Of a DNA stretch of 64,000 nucleotides, positions 10,588-24,800 are shown in pieces (position 1 is the stretch's first letter; each line of letters begins with the position of its first letter). The stretch is from contig CM120640.1 in assembly GCA_051362555.1 (NCBI GenBank), positions 9,734,001 to 9,798,000 of the forward strand, given 5' to 3'. Both the position numbers and the translations under genes were made by a program. Under the pieces are notes generated by a model that worked only from the letters and a program-made list of their open reading frames with translations, did no database searches and was not told where the DNA came from. This DNA comes from Lingula anatina. Its lineage: Eukaryota; Animalia; Brachiopoda.

Positions 10588-13500
10588 TCATACTTCCACT
10601 TTTGCAAGCTCTTTATCTTTGATAACCTCCTTCAACATTGGAGTGGTCATGGGCCAAATGTCAGGGTTGAAGTTTTTAGCCTCAAGCTCCTCTGTTGACA
10701 AATTTCCACGCCCATGTATTGGCATCTTATCCCCTTTCAGTGTTAACATCTTCAACTCCAGTGGACCAAGTTGAAGAAATTCCTAGAAAAAAGATACAGA
10801 ACTTTTCAAAATTTTCCAATCAACTGTTTTTCACAGTGTGTACTGATGGTGTAAGATATTCCTATAACTCAATTTGTGGTAAAACATGTTATTCATGGAT
10901 AAATTTATCATAAATTAAAAGTACCTGTGCAGGACAAAGAAATCATGAACTTAAAAAATGAATGTCCCATTATAAGGTAATCCCTTATTACACTTGCTAT
11001 TTATGCATATTTACATCAGGTTCAATATCCTCTTTTTATACTTACATCATCTCCATCAAATCTTGCATCATCATAATCAAAAGGAGTTTCAAATGGATCC
11101 CCCTCTGATCCATCTCCCTCTCCATCATAACTTTCTAAATCTGGAAATGAATTTGAAGGTAACATCAATTAACATGCAAATATTCCAGTAGTTTTCAATA
11201 TTAGAGTCTTCAAAGGAATGGTATGTCCTCCCTTAAACATGCCCAAACATGCACTGCTGTTCTAATATGATAAAAGTCAGGTGAACAAACCTTCATCTGA
11301 GTCTTCCTCAACCAACTCTTCCCGAGACATGATGGACAGCACCTTATCTTGCACAGATTTATACACAGCACTTTTTGGCCTTGCAGCTTTACATTGAAAA
11401 TATAGTTATGAAGGAAAATAAATTCCATATTTTCATAATTAAAAACAAAGATATAATTATCAATATAACCTCATTGCTTTATCTTATCTTTGCTTTATTA
11501 GTATATGATGTACACATAGGATAGACATATAGTAAAATTTACACAGTTTTTCAAGTTGTTAATTTAATGGAAACTCTAAAATTATATAAGCAGACATTCC
11601 AAGGTGATATCTTTCCTAAATATCTAAAACAATCAAGAGCTATGCTGCCCATCAACTCACCACTGTCCTCAATGGCAAGTACATTGAGATCCATCTCCAA
11701 GATTCCATCATCTAAATTCTCATTGTCTTGAAACTGGGTAAGGTAAAACTGCCTGGAATTGAAATACATTTATTGTACATTTTCAGCAGCATGAATTTGT
11801 AATAAAAAAAGGTTTAAAGTTAATTAAGGTTTAGTACATGTGCAAGTTTTACATGATACTTAACATGTCCTACAAAATATATACATCAGTTACTTTATTA
11901 TTTAGAAAAAAAATATTCATAAAAATAGAATCAAAAAAATGTAAGTTCCAGAAAAAATACAAAATTACAAATGATAGCTAGTTCTAGATTACCTAGAAAT
12001 CTTAAGGTCATCAGTTCTACACTCAAACAGCTCACTCATTATTTCAAGGTTTTCTTTTTCTAGTTTTTCTACAGCTTCTCTCAACACTCCTGCCTCTTCA
12101 TCATGAATGTCCACCTGGAATATTTCAGTTGCATTACTTTGAAAATACTGGAAGACTCAAATCATGTTTCTTAAAAGTTTAACAATTAAACTTTTAAAAC
12201 TATATCCTTCATAGATATCAAATAATTAACAATAGTTGTGCATTTGCCTCTTGAACATATAAATGTATATCAGCAACAAATAAATCTCATATTTTCTCAC
12301 CTCTCTCTTGAGCCAGTTGTTGTCCAGCACCTCCTGCCTACTATTCTTATCCATCTTAGCAATAGCTTGCTGCAGCAAACAAAATAAATGAGGTGAAAAC
12401 TTTAAACATAAAAGTTTGAATTGCATTAACTTAGAAAAAAAGACAATTTTGTAAATTGTTTTTGAATGAAAAAATATATTGTTATGAATTTCAAATCATG
12501 GATGACAAATTAACAACAAAAACAAAACTTGCCAAGTTTCATATTAAGCCAAATTCCAAACTTTTGTCTTATTAGAACTTCACAACAGATACCACCAAAT
12601 AACATAGCTATACTTAATAACTTTGTTTAAAAGATACTTTAAAAAATATTTCCAATTACTTCTGATGCATTTGACTTGGTATGGGCAAGAGTTTCTTCTG
12701 TATACTGTTGAATCTCATTTTTGGCAGTAATAAGGGTTCTTTCTAAGTGAGCTGAAAAGGTAAGAAAATTAAAGAATTTGCATCATCCTTTATTTGGGTG
12801 GTGTTTATATTTATGCCGGTGTCAATAAATAATGTATTCATTTACCTTTGTACAAAAATAGAAAAAGTACCTGTAAGCATGTAAAAATAAAATTGTCTGT
12901 AATTAAAAGAGCCCTCAAAACAGCAAATCATTCTGAAAGTTCCTGAATCAAATGAATGATTTTCACAAATTTTAAAAATGAAATACAAAAAAGTAATTTA
13001 TTGTTTTCTCAAGTCTCATCAATATGTGATATTCCTGATGCAACTTTTTTTTTGCAAAGAACAGTATTTAAAAAAACTTACCAGACATCTCTGTAATTGT
13101 GACCTCCATGTCTTTTAATTCTTGTTCAAGGAGAATAATTTTTGTTTCATCTGTCTTGTGACCTTTGTCTTTGTAACTTAGCCAATAGGCAACATCCTTC
13201 TGTACTTCAACAATCTCACTATCTTTACGTTTAATTTCCTCTCTGATATCTGTATAAAAATTGAAATGAAATACATGTATATTTGTTCTCTGTTTGATAC
13301 AGTACAAGATTCAAAGAAAGAAGGAACTTTTTTAATTTATTTTATTATTATCCTTATTATTATAATTACTATGGATATTACATACTGAATATCACTTGGA
13401 TATTTAAAAAACCATTCAATTTTATATGCCAGAACCAAGTGCTAAGAAAAACTTGATTTATCGAGGGTGATTTATGCTAAAATTACAATTTGAAATAAAG

Positions 13501-14257
13501 TGACTTTCTTTATCCTCCTGTTACAGCTATGGCGTTTTACATATTTTCATACCTTCTAATTTTTTCTCCTCTTCCTTTTGTGTCTGCCATTTTTCCATCA
13601 TTACAGCAACAACTTGCTCCTTGTTGGTGTATTCTTGGTTTTCTACTTGTTTCTCAAATTCTTTAGCTTCTCTCAGCAGGTTCTTAATACAAAGTGCCTG
13701 TTCACCTTTAAGTCTGTCATTCTGAAATGACAAATTATGACAAAGATTCTTAAGCAGGATTTCACAATTTTCTCAAACCCCTGACAACATATAAAACTGT
13801 GACTTCAAATGTTGTTTGTAGTATCAGTAAAACACATATTACTTTTGATTTAATTTTCAAATTTACACACCCTATCCTCATGTCTTGATTTCTTCTCTTC
13901 AAGCCCCCTCAGCTCATACATGTAGTCCTCCATTTGTTTTTCTTTTATACTTATTCTGAAAAGAACATTACCACATGAAGAACAAGGACATTTTAAATCT
14001 AAGACATGGAAATTGACAAATGCACTGCACAGGCTATTACATTAAGTATGTGATGGTGTTAAATACCAGATATTTTATGCCTTTCAGAAAGTGCCTACTC
14101 GATGTACAAGATATAACATAATGATATACAAATCAATGCATTCATCTACTCACTGGTAAGCAAGGATAGCCTCTTTGTATGTAACCTGAGGTTCCTTTTC
14201 TTTCTTTTTCTTGCCTCCTCCTCCACTTTTCTTTCCCTTTTTCCCTTTTTTGCCCAT
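10588..14257 (-). CDS. CCDC83: Coiled-coil domain-containing protein 83 (about 396 aa)
   Basis: Exons 14154-14257, 13871-13955, 13553-13721, 13082-13249, 12660-12751, 12301-12369, 11993-12114, 11661-11752, 11046-11140, 10588-10782 (1191 nt, in frame). Motifs matching recalled CCDC83: EAILAYQISIKE, NDRLKGEQ, MMEKW, YWLSYKDKG, NNWLKREVDIH, LEKENL..ECRTDDLKISRQFYLTQ, LGPLELKML..KMPIH. Confidence 0.9.
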
Positions 14258-14616
14258 GGTGGTGAGTTTAAAAAGCTCAAACTATTTAATTTCTGAAACA
14301 GAAGAACAGCTTTAGTTTTCAGCATGCATTGGGTACACTATATGTGTTGCATTCACCAAGACAGATTAAAATAAATTGGTACTGATACCATATACATTTC
14401 TCAGTATGCAAATCTTTCTCATGCCACAACCAGTATAAATTAGAACTCATTTGAGGAGTACACTGCGTATATTAAGACCAAAAATCGGTTACATTTACCA
14501 TGTAGCTGGATACAAACACAGATGACATACACACACCTTATTTTAAAGTTGAGTCCTGGCAATATAAATTCATGTCTATCAGTTTATACTAGTCCTTGGA
14601 ATAACAACCGATAGAG

Positions 14617-14620
<4 letters not shown>

Positions 14621-14647
<27 letters not shown>

Positions 14648-14678
14648 GCCAGTTTATAAAGTACCAGAAAAAATTAAT

Positions 14679-14720
<42 letters not shown>

Positions 14721-14747
14721 TGTGAGTGAGTGTGTGTGTGTGTGTGT
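14621..14747. repeat. Compound (CT)n/(GT)n microsatellites
   Basis: (CT)n at about 14621-14647 and 14679-14703, followed by (GT)n to about 14747. Confidence 0.95.
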
Positions 14748-14836
14748 CAGTGTGTTTTAACAGCAGCAGAAAGAATGCATTTTAAATTTGAAATTATTCT
14801 TTTATGGTGATTTACCTTTACACTTCGTCCGCCATT

Positions 14837-14850
14837 GTTGTTTTGACAAC
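14837..14850. promoter_or_regulatory. X-box (RFX)-like palindrome at the putative CCDC83 promoter/first non-coding exon
   Basis: GTTGTTTTGACAAC (one good GTTGTC half-site), next to minus-strand AATGGCGG and a splice donor AG|GTAAAT near 14815. Fits a ciliary or sperm gene. Confidence 0.45.
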
Positions 14851-15249
14851 AGTACATGCAGAGTCCGCTGAAAGCCAATACTTTAGTTTCGGCTGTTGAA
14901 TTCACACTACAAGCGTTCTACATGTACATGTAGCCTACGTACTTGGATGGCAGTTTGACTTTTAATACCGTAAATATACTAGCCCATTAAGCTTAATCTC
15001 TGTCATATATATAGGGCCTACATATACAACATAGGCCTACTTATCATGATAAATGTATTCATTTGTTCGTTTGCGCATAGAAGTAGAGTTCTATGGTTTG
15101 CGGTTATCTCAAACACTAATTTAACCAAATTTATAAAATGGTTAACAAGCGCGACTGACCCTATTTTTTCGCACCCATTTTGTTTGCTGCGAAAGGAAAA
15201 ATGCATTAGGTATTTGTTTGATGAGGGGGAAAATTACAATTGAACTCCT

Positions 15250-15250
<1 letters not shown>

Positions 15251-15292
<42 letters not shown>
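15251..15292. repeat. Poly-T tract
   Basis: About 42 consecutive T. Confidence 0.95.
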
Positions 15293-15294
<2 letters not shown>

Positions 15295-15809
15295 GCTCTA
15301 GGCCTACAATGTAGGCCCTACTGTTAAGTCGGCAAAAATGTGGATTTAACATTTCCACTTCACCTTCCTTACCCGAAAAAGCGTAAATGAGAAAAATGCA
15401 CTGACCGATACTAAAATTTAGCTGCTACACTTACTGCTACCTTTTCGATGAATTTTCACTCAATAGCACTGTACGGGATTAGGTATATCACAAAATGTAT
15501 GGCTTTATAGTTAACGTCACATCCCCGTAGCGCTAAATACAAAAATCAGATGCCAAAAAACCCAGTGTAGCTCACGACACCGTCGTTGTGATCAGACTGA
15601 CGTAATAAATGGATTGAAGATTGAAGGCATCTTTATGGATTATTATCAACATTTTTATTAACTATGTGACAATAACCAATTAATGTAAAACGTATCAGTA
15701 TATTAAAACGGCAATGAATTTTGAAGAATATAATATTTGCTTGCTGCTACCGTAAAACGGCAGTTAAAAATGCTGCCTTTTTATACAAACTACAAAAATC
15801 ACAGAAATA

Positions 15810-18800
15810 TCAATTAATTGCTCCAGATCCGATAAGAGGGACTTGGCAGTTAAAAAAGTCATATTCAATACTGAAAGGGCCCGCCATTCTAGCTTGTCCG
15901 TATACGGCCCTTGACCAAACGTAATATTTATCTTCATAGAAGAAATATGTCCTGTGGTTGTCCGACCTCATGGCAGCTCGAAGTCTTTGTTTTGGAAGTG
16001 CACGAAACTGAGGAAAATCGTTCATGTGTCTTGGCTTTCCTTTTTCGATGGGATCCTTGCCGTCATGGCCATAAATGTTGTCACCTACGGAGGTGGGAAA
16101 ATAACATAAATGGTTTGATAAAGCTCCCTTGTTTAAATAAATTACATGTAGGCTTATCAGCATATCATAACTAAAAGGCAGTGTGACATATATTTGATTA
16201 AAGGGAAATCCAACACTGTAGGCCTAACAAGTAAAATAAAAGTTCAAATAAATCTTAGCATAAGAACATGAAAGTTCAACGTGTTTATATGGATCTATAA
16301 AGCGAAACTCTTAAAACCCAAAAGCTTAATGAACAAAAGGTTCACAGTACACGACTAAGTGCTAAATGTTTTCTTGAAAGATTTCGGGTTTGAATATCCA
16401 CTAAAATGAACTTAATGATCAACACTCTTGGTCCAAAAGGTTTTCCCACCTCCAATTCCACGTGTTTTTGTTTACAAATGATCACTTCATATCTTTAAAC
16501 AATTTGATCAGTTTTTGTTATTCTAGATACTATATCTAACATGAAAAATGGCACAGGAAATGCCTAATACCGGCGAATTTATCCTTATTTTACACCATTC
16601 CTTAAAATTTAGAGCATGTACATGCACTCGCTCATTTGGATGATGTTCTACAGTGATTTTAACAGAGGTGAAAATTTTCAATGAATTTAGAGGACACCAA
16701 CAAATGTCATCAAATTTACAAACAATTAGCATCAGCAAGTGCTCCTTTAAAGCCACGTGTGTAATAGCATGAGTCTACCGCGCGTACTGCAAAGTATCAC
16801 CTGTAGACGGCGCGGCATGCCTTCAGCAAGGGTAAGAATTCTGCTCTGTGGACAATTGTCCAATTCATCCAGGAAAGCTTGGAGAGATTGGTTTGGATTA
16901 TTAGGCGTTTGAATCTCCTCTGCATTGCTAACTCCAATCCATGAAGCAGGTGCAAATTTAAGGTTAGTATCAAGGCTCAAAGAAGGTTGTTCGAGAACAA
17001 TACGTTTCTGCAATTAATCACTTACCAGACGAGAATTGTGAGCTTGCGTGAGGTGATCGTTTGCAAAGAAACAACCTTGGACTAAGAAGTGGGGTAACCT
17101 TTTTGATCAATGGTGTATATAACAAACTAAGATAAATTAACTATCAAAAAATCATTTTCTTCTACCTTGAAAGAAAAAAAATTAATTCTATTCCCATTCC
17201 ACCACAGCCGAAAACTCTCTGGCAAGATTTGGGGTTTATCAAAATAGTTGTGAGTATCTATATAAGAGATTGCGATGAAAGTGATTACTGATAGTATAAG
17301 TGAAACTCAGAACACAGAGAAAAATGAACCGACAAAAATGTTTTGCTACCTTGAAAGAAAAGAAGAAATGACTTTCGTTCCCATTCCACCACAGCGTCTA
17401 AATGGGGTATATGCAATGCCCAGCCTTGTACTATAGAACGTGGGTATCCCTTGTCAGCATATATTTCACCATGAAAGCCTTCTCTGTACCGCCAGTATTG
17501 GCGATCCTAAGGTATAAGATAAATTATTTCAGTTTATGCTCTGATATAATTTGCGATATGACGAAAACTATTTTTTTTTGCAAAATAACACAAAAACAAA
17601 ATCGCTCGAGGTCCAAAATAGGAAAGCATATTCTATTTGTGGGAGACATAGATGAAGGTTCGTGAAACAGATAAAGGTTCTTGGAAGTGGCAGTACTATA
17701 TTATTTTATAGTTCCAGTGCTTAAACCTCGCCTGGATGAGCTTGCCGAATTCTAATATCATCAAGTAACTATGAACGAGCTATTAGTTACGCGTAGTTTC
17801 ATATTTAGCAAAAAACTACTTGCGTCATCCTACCTGAAATAAGTATGTGAATGGAACTCCGTAATAGTACAAAGTCACTGCCGCGTCTACACGACCAGGA
17901 GCATTGTCGCCAAATACACTTGCGATTGGACGTGGGAAACCGTCTTCAATTCCAAACGTAGATTTATTTAGCATATAGACATTTCCATCTGAAAGAGTCC
18001 CAACAAATTGTAAGTTTACAACAAATGCATTATGTACAGACTGAACAAAGTACAATTTTATTCACAATTCACAAACTTCATTTTTTTTCTTTCTCCAATC
18101 CATTAGACTTTAAACAAAAAAACCTCTGTGTTTTCATTTAAACATAAAGAACAACATAAGCCGGCACAAGATGTTTCAATACGCACTAATGATCTGGCTT
18201 TATAGACTACCTTTGAATGCATACGTTTTTCCATTGGCAGCAACGGTTATGGCATCAATGGCAGACGGGCAGACGGTGACTCCATTCAAAAGTTCTGGTC
18301 CACGCCCAACATTCAGGATGTTTGTTTGAAGGACACTATTATTTTCTGTCCATTTATGAGACTCAGTGTTTTGAACATCATTTTCGGGCTGGACGGCAAC
18401 CTCATCTCGTTGTGCTGATGCTGTGTGCTGACGGGCGGCCATTTGCTTAACAGACGCAGCGGGATGCCTTCTATCTGAATCTAAAAACTGAGCAAGCGTT
18501 TCTTTTTGGCTCATAAAAATGCATTACGAATGTCATACCTATTTAAATAGATTTAACGAAGACAATACTTCTAAAATTAACGATTTTATTGATAATATTG
18601 TGACAAATCTATCTGTTATGAAATGACTAGGCCATTAAAAACGCAATGTACCGATTACGACGTCCAACTTTTGCCTCCGTCTTGCCTTCAAGTCTTCTAG
18701 CGTAGTCTTTGTGTCGAACCATGGCCACATGATGCTGTCGGGGTCAGCAGAGTGAGTGAGACCAATCAAATGTCCAATTTCATGCACCATCACTGTATAC

Positions 18801-21800
18801 AGGTCCAAGCCTAGAACACTTATTTAGATTAATACTTCACATAGACTGCTACACTCTACCTTGGCTCTTTGAACAATTCGGATTTCCCGATTTCGTGTGA
18901 TTTATAATTATATGCGTGGAAAAAAAATTCAACTGAACTTTTCTTGCGAAAGGCATCCTTACAAAAAGATTATTATGAAAGTGTCATTGAAAACACCTGG
19001 CAGTTTGTGTAATATTTTCAGTAACCTTTCTGTGAACTGTTCTGTAATCACAAACCGGACTATTACCTCTGGGCGATTGTTTTGTCCACAATTCTCCTTC
19101 ATCAATGTATATAGTTCCACACTCTCCGCCTTGGCCAGTTAAGTCGAACATTGCCTTCGCCACCGTGCCACCAGCACCGTCAAACATGGGTGAATACGTA
19201 TGAAACCCGTCGACAAAATTAATCTCAATATCACTAGTGCCATTTGTCTCTTCAAAGGTAATTGATATAACGTCTGACCATTCCTAAAAGATAAAAACAG
19301 TTATCTAAATGATTAGAAACAATTCATATAGTGAGCCTGTAAATCTATCTGATCGTTTCGTTCTATTTTTGATAAATTCGTCCTAATTTTAAGTTTAAAA
19401 ACTTATCATTATCATCATTATAATCATAAGATAATGGAACTTATCAAACCTTCAGTTACAAAGCTATGATCGTAATTTTAGTTTCACTGTGTGAAGTGGT
19501 TTTAACGCCAATTGATACATATAGGAATACAAAGCGAACTGACAAAGTGTTAAACCTTTCAATTAGGTATAGTTATAATAGGCTTCAGGGCAACCCCCTT
19601 TCATAACTGGCGTAAATGGCGAATTGAACCCCGATCCTTCCCAAAAAAGGAGACAAGGCACACAAGAGAATGTTCCTTGTTCAGTACTGGTAATTGACGT
19701 CAAGTGTAGGGCCTATTGTCTATTGAAAAAGAGAACACTGTTGGAAGGAGAGGCGTTGGATTCTACTTGACATCCTGGTCCGCCACTGCAAGTGGTTGTT
19801 TTATTTGAAAAAAAAACTGCAGAGTTGTCATATACGTTTTCTATTTTGCCATATCTAAAATTGTCAATACCTCGCCAACATTTCGTGTTTCGCATTTGAT
19901 CAATTTGTAATGCCAACCACCCGGTTAACCTGCTTATAATCAAATAGCGCACGCAGATTGAGTAACGGTGCGGCGGGCCTCCGTAGTCTGATTCTCTTAT
20001 ATAAAAGCAAAGCTAATTTAAGAAGGGTAATCGTAAACGTATTAACTACATGACATTATACTTGTAGAAAGCCGCTCGAGTTGATGCAATGAAACACGCT
20101 GTTTCTTGCCTCAAGACAAGAGAAGAGGGGAAAAGGTAGTTAATTCAAATGTAAAACATTTTTACGTATATCCTTAATAAACATTGTGTTGAACAGAAAT
20201 GAACACAGTGTTGGTCTGCCAATAGCAAAATAATACACCTTTGCAATTTCTGTCCGATTTTTAGAATCTAGTGGTTTTAAAATGTGTTAGATGTGCATGT
20301 ACTTCTCGCAATGCCTAATATAATAATAATAATAATAATTTATTGAGCACTAAAATGTTTCAGTACATTTTGCAGGCCCTCTAAACTACTTGTGTTATAC
20401 ATACATGTAATATATATCTAGACCTATTATCCCACTTATGTGATATCAGGCTTTCAAACACAAATGTAATTATATGTTTCATAATTACCTTATACAGTAT
20501 ACATAATCTACAGTAACAAGTGGAAGTATTTCTTATATATATAATATAATATATTTAATCTACAGGTATATTTAAATGTAATTGCATACAGGAGCAGCTT
20601 GAGAGCAGAGTTAACATTTTTTATCAAAAGTTGGGTAAGGCAACAATATGTAAAAAGTAGTGCTCTACCTCGAACGCCCTTGCAATTTCTGTCTGTACAG
20701 TGTGCTGTGGTAGATCTCTCGTGTAAGACATAACTGCATAAGTAACGACTGCTTTCTCGCGAATGCAACCTGGAAAAAAGGTGCACTTGTCAAATAAGAA
20801 AAAAGGGGATAAAAAACCGACAAACTCTGTGATAATGTATTGGCGTCCTCCAAATATTATTGCTTTTTCTTTTTATGTAAAATTTCAAAAGAAATGCTAA
20901 AATTTCGCATATATTTAACTCCCAATATTGAAAAGTGCTTTTTTTTTAATTATATTAAAATTGGCATCATCATCTCAACTTTCCTTATCATGCTACTTTC
21001 TAAATAGCATATACTTTAAAGCACGCACTCCCTCTAATATCTAAAAAGACAAATTGTGTTTGTTTATCATAAATTGTCAAACATTCCAAATTGCTTTCAT
21101 ACATGTGGGCCTACTAAAGTTTAGCGGTTCTCTTACTTAGTTTTAAAGGAATATTGTTACGGATCGGTCTTTCAGTATCTTTATTTCCACATCTTGGCTG
21201 GTTCATCAGTGCTATTGTATTCCTGTCAAGCGAGCCTGATTTAGGAGAAAAGTTTCAACGGTGAGTTCTATCCCAATAAGTGCAAATTCTATAGCACACA
21301 TTAAAGACGTTACGAAAATTTACATTTTCATTTTTAATCATTTGGTAGAGTAGTCATGATTCACATTAAAAAGAGTAGATAACTAAATTATCAAAGAACT
21401 TTCAAAGGTTAAAAAAATTGAGCTTTTTGTAAAATTTTGAATGCTGCATTTCGTGATAATAAAGCTTAGTGTATAGTATATTTAAATTCCGATGAAAGAT
21501 TTTCAATCAGACCAATCACTCTGTTGTTCTAGCTTACCTTTCGCCCGTATATTTCCCATGGTCTGAAATCGCATCAATTTACTGTTGACTAATCTCGTCG
21601 CATCGCTTTCAGAGAGACTTTCAAATCTCCGAATGTCTCTTTCGGTCATGTAACCGTACTCCCAGAGGTAATTCTATAAGACAAACAACAAAAACAATTC
21701 AATATATAATGTTCTATTTAAAAAATGAATATATTTTTTCTGTTTTTAAAGTCAATGGTATTATGTGTTGGAGGGGGGGATAGGGGCGTGTAAACATCTC

Positions 21801-24800
21801 CTACCCCGCCCACCCCGCCCACCCCACCTACGGCAAGTGTACGGTGTTAACAGCGTGCGAGACAAACACGAATATAACCACGGAACCTAGGGAAAGTGCA
21901 GCAGCTTTGGAGTCCTTCCAACTCTGGCTTCTTTGATGTCCTGGGACCTGCCGATTACGTTATTTGCAATGTGTGGATATACCAAAATATTGGACTCATG
22001 TAAGTATACAAACACTTCGCAGTGTTCACTTGGCAAAATTCCAAGAAAAAGGCGAAAGGTAGCATTCAGATAAGTAGTGTTTTAAAAGAAAAAATAAATC
22101 AGGACTCGGTATATGAATCAGTGGCGGATTTAGAGGAGGGGTCGGGGGGGGGGGGCAGGTCCTGACCCCCTTCGGTTTCTGAAAAATATATCACACCAAT
22201 ATTCCCTTCTTGAAATTAGAATTTTGACTAGCTAAATAATTATTTTTAACCCTACCAAAGGGCACTGTTTGCTCCTCAAAACACCAAAAGTTTTCGGGGC
22301 CCTTTAGCAGGCCCCGAACCCCACACCAAGGGGGTGTGGGGTTCGTTCCGGAACCCACTTCAAATAATCCTGGATTCGCCCCTGTGAATGATGTGAATCA
22401 AATATCCAAATTTCAGTTGAAGCTGCTGATTGACTAGCTAATATGTTTTAAGTTGAGATCTAACCTAAGAAATAATTCGACGTAATCGTTTCGCGGAAGT
22501 TCTTGGCAACTGAGAGACATTCAAGTGGATTTACCAAGGTGCGGTATACATCAATGTTTAATGAAATACTAATGGTGTATTCACGTTTATAAACCCCTAT
22601 CTGATTAACGTTTACTATTTTCACTGTGTTTTTAATTTAGGATATGGTGTAACACTTTCCCAGTGCTACATATAAGAGACATACGTTCATTTAGCACGTA
22701 ATCTCTGTCACATGTGTAAGGTAACTGCCTTAATATTAAGAATCATGTGAAATATACACCTGAAAGGCAACGTTGAAAGAATGATGACACTTAAAACATT
22801 TGGACTTTGATTTTTACTTAAACCTCAAAAATATAATACGATCAGGTAAAACAATGATTTTAAAAAGAGAAAATGTCAATTAATAGTAGACAATATGCCT
22901 TTGCATAACTTGGTGCCTTATAATTCTATGTTTTAATAAATTATCATCATTATTATTATATTTAGAAGGCGTAACATTGCAGGCTGCAGCAAATGAGCAA
23001 ATTTCATACTCTTTACTATGGGCTTGATCAGGAAAACTGTGCCAATTCTTTGTAAAGTGGTTCATTTTTACGTCAATGTTATTTTGGTTAATAATTCGCA
23101 CAGACGTTTGTGAATCAAGCATGGTTTGCTTTACGTCATGTAAAGTTAACTGATTCGTTCCAAACCATATTTTTTGTGCTGGTCACTTTTTATGTTATCT
23201 TATCCCGTAAATACTTAGGTAATATATGTGCATCATGTGTGGACAGAGTGCAGCTCCACCCAGCTACGGCGTTCTTTTTATTGGTTTTATTGCTTTTTAG
23301 AATGCGGTGCATCAGGAGTACTGGAAGTTTAAATCAAGATCAGAATTCTATGCTATCAAATCGCTATAGAAGTCTGTTAAGTACATTCTGTCTCTAAGAA
23401 ACGTGTGTGCGTTCATGATGACGCGAATTTTAAAGGTTAATACGGAAATTAAGCTTTGTTCACAAAAATGTCCTTTGTCTCCTTGTCATCTGTTAGGTAA
23501 ACAATCTGTGGAATATTGAAAATAAGATATTTATATAGATTTGGATTTGTGTCAATTTTAGACAATTCTTAAGCAACTTTTACTCTAGTGTAAGTGAGCG
23601 CATAAAATGGCTTTTGGAGGATCTTCAACGTTGACAGCAAAACAAGATTTTAAATGTTCCGTGTTATACCACAAGAACTTAAGAGAGTGCAGATAGTTTG
23701 GTCCTTAGAAACAGAAATAATGAAAATAATGATCGAATTTAAAACGCATGTGTATGTCCATCCGTACTGTTGAAACTCAAATTTTCTTTGAAAGAAGGGT
23801 CTTAGTCTTTCATTTGCGTCAGCCTACGGTCAAACAAACGTGGTTTAGTTTGTATCATCAGGTCTCTTCATATGTATTACATCACCTTACAATGTCATTA
23901 CGACACTTGGCAATGGTGTTCAATTACGTTTGTTTTCTTTTCTAGCCTCGGCGCCCTGGTAAATATCAAGACTAGGGACATTCTCCAAGTGTTCTTATCT
24001 AATTACGTGAACGGTGGATGTAATCTAGCTGTAAGGCTGGAGGTTATGATAAGGCATGCGAATATGTTCTGCCTTGGAAAAATATTTTCATTTTACCTTT
24101 ATCGTTTAGCGAAAAATTCTAAAACATAGCTTCCGTTGTAGGCTCTATATGCCTGTATAAATCTGGCTGGAGTTCAAAGAAAAATTGCTTGATGTCATTC
24201 AGACCGTAAAGAGATATGGACAGAAAAAAGAAGAAGCTTACGTTTTAAAACAAACTTGAAGATGAATGTACCAGAAATGATTAAAGAAAAAATAACGTGC
24301 ACTCATACGCAAAACGAGCAAAAGTATGCATCAGGTCTTAATTTTCTATTCGAAATTTGTTCCATGTGGTACTGATTTTGCAAAAAAAAAAAAAAAAAAA
24401 TCAAAAAAGAGATAACTTTTCTTCAGTCGCAATACATGTGTGTGTGCAAGTGATAAAAGATTCATCACATTCATAATTTTTATGGGAAAACTCCGTCGCA
24501 ACCATCTGCCTTTCCTCTTTCCTTTTAAACTCGTAACTAGAAGTAGCAACATCAAAAATAAAAGATTGTTTGTAAAGAAACTCTTATCTTTGCCATAACA
24601 TGCTGTTATTCATTAAATTGGCTAACATAGTTCAGAGTTAAAACAAATACGGAACTCTGCTCTTAAATTGTGTAATAGATGTGAAATCAGATTTAATACA
24701 CCAATGATTTGACATTCGAAATTCCCTGGAGGGATGGGTGTCTACAGTACTGAAGGTGGCCCATTCAACTTTGTCCCGAAAGTGAATTTTTTTAATGCCT

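Noticed and set aside
21850-22006. Plus-strand exon-like segment ending in GTAAGTA
   Set aside because: No good acceptor, partner exons or recognisable product.
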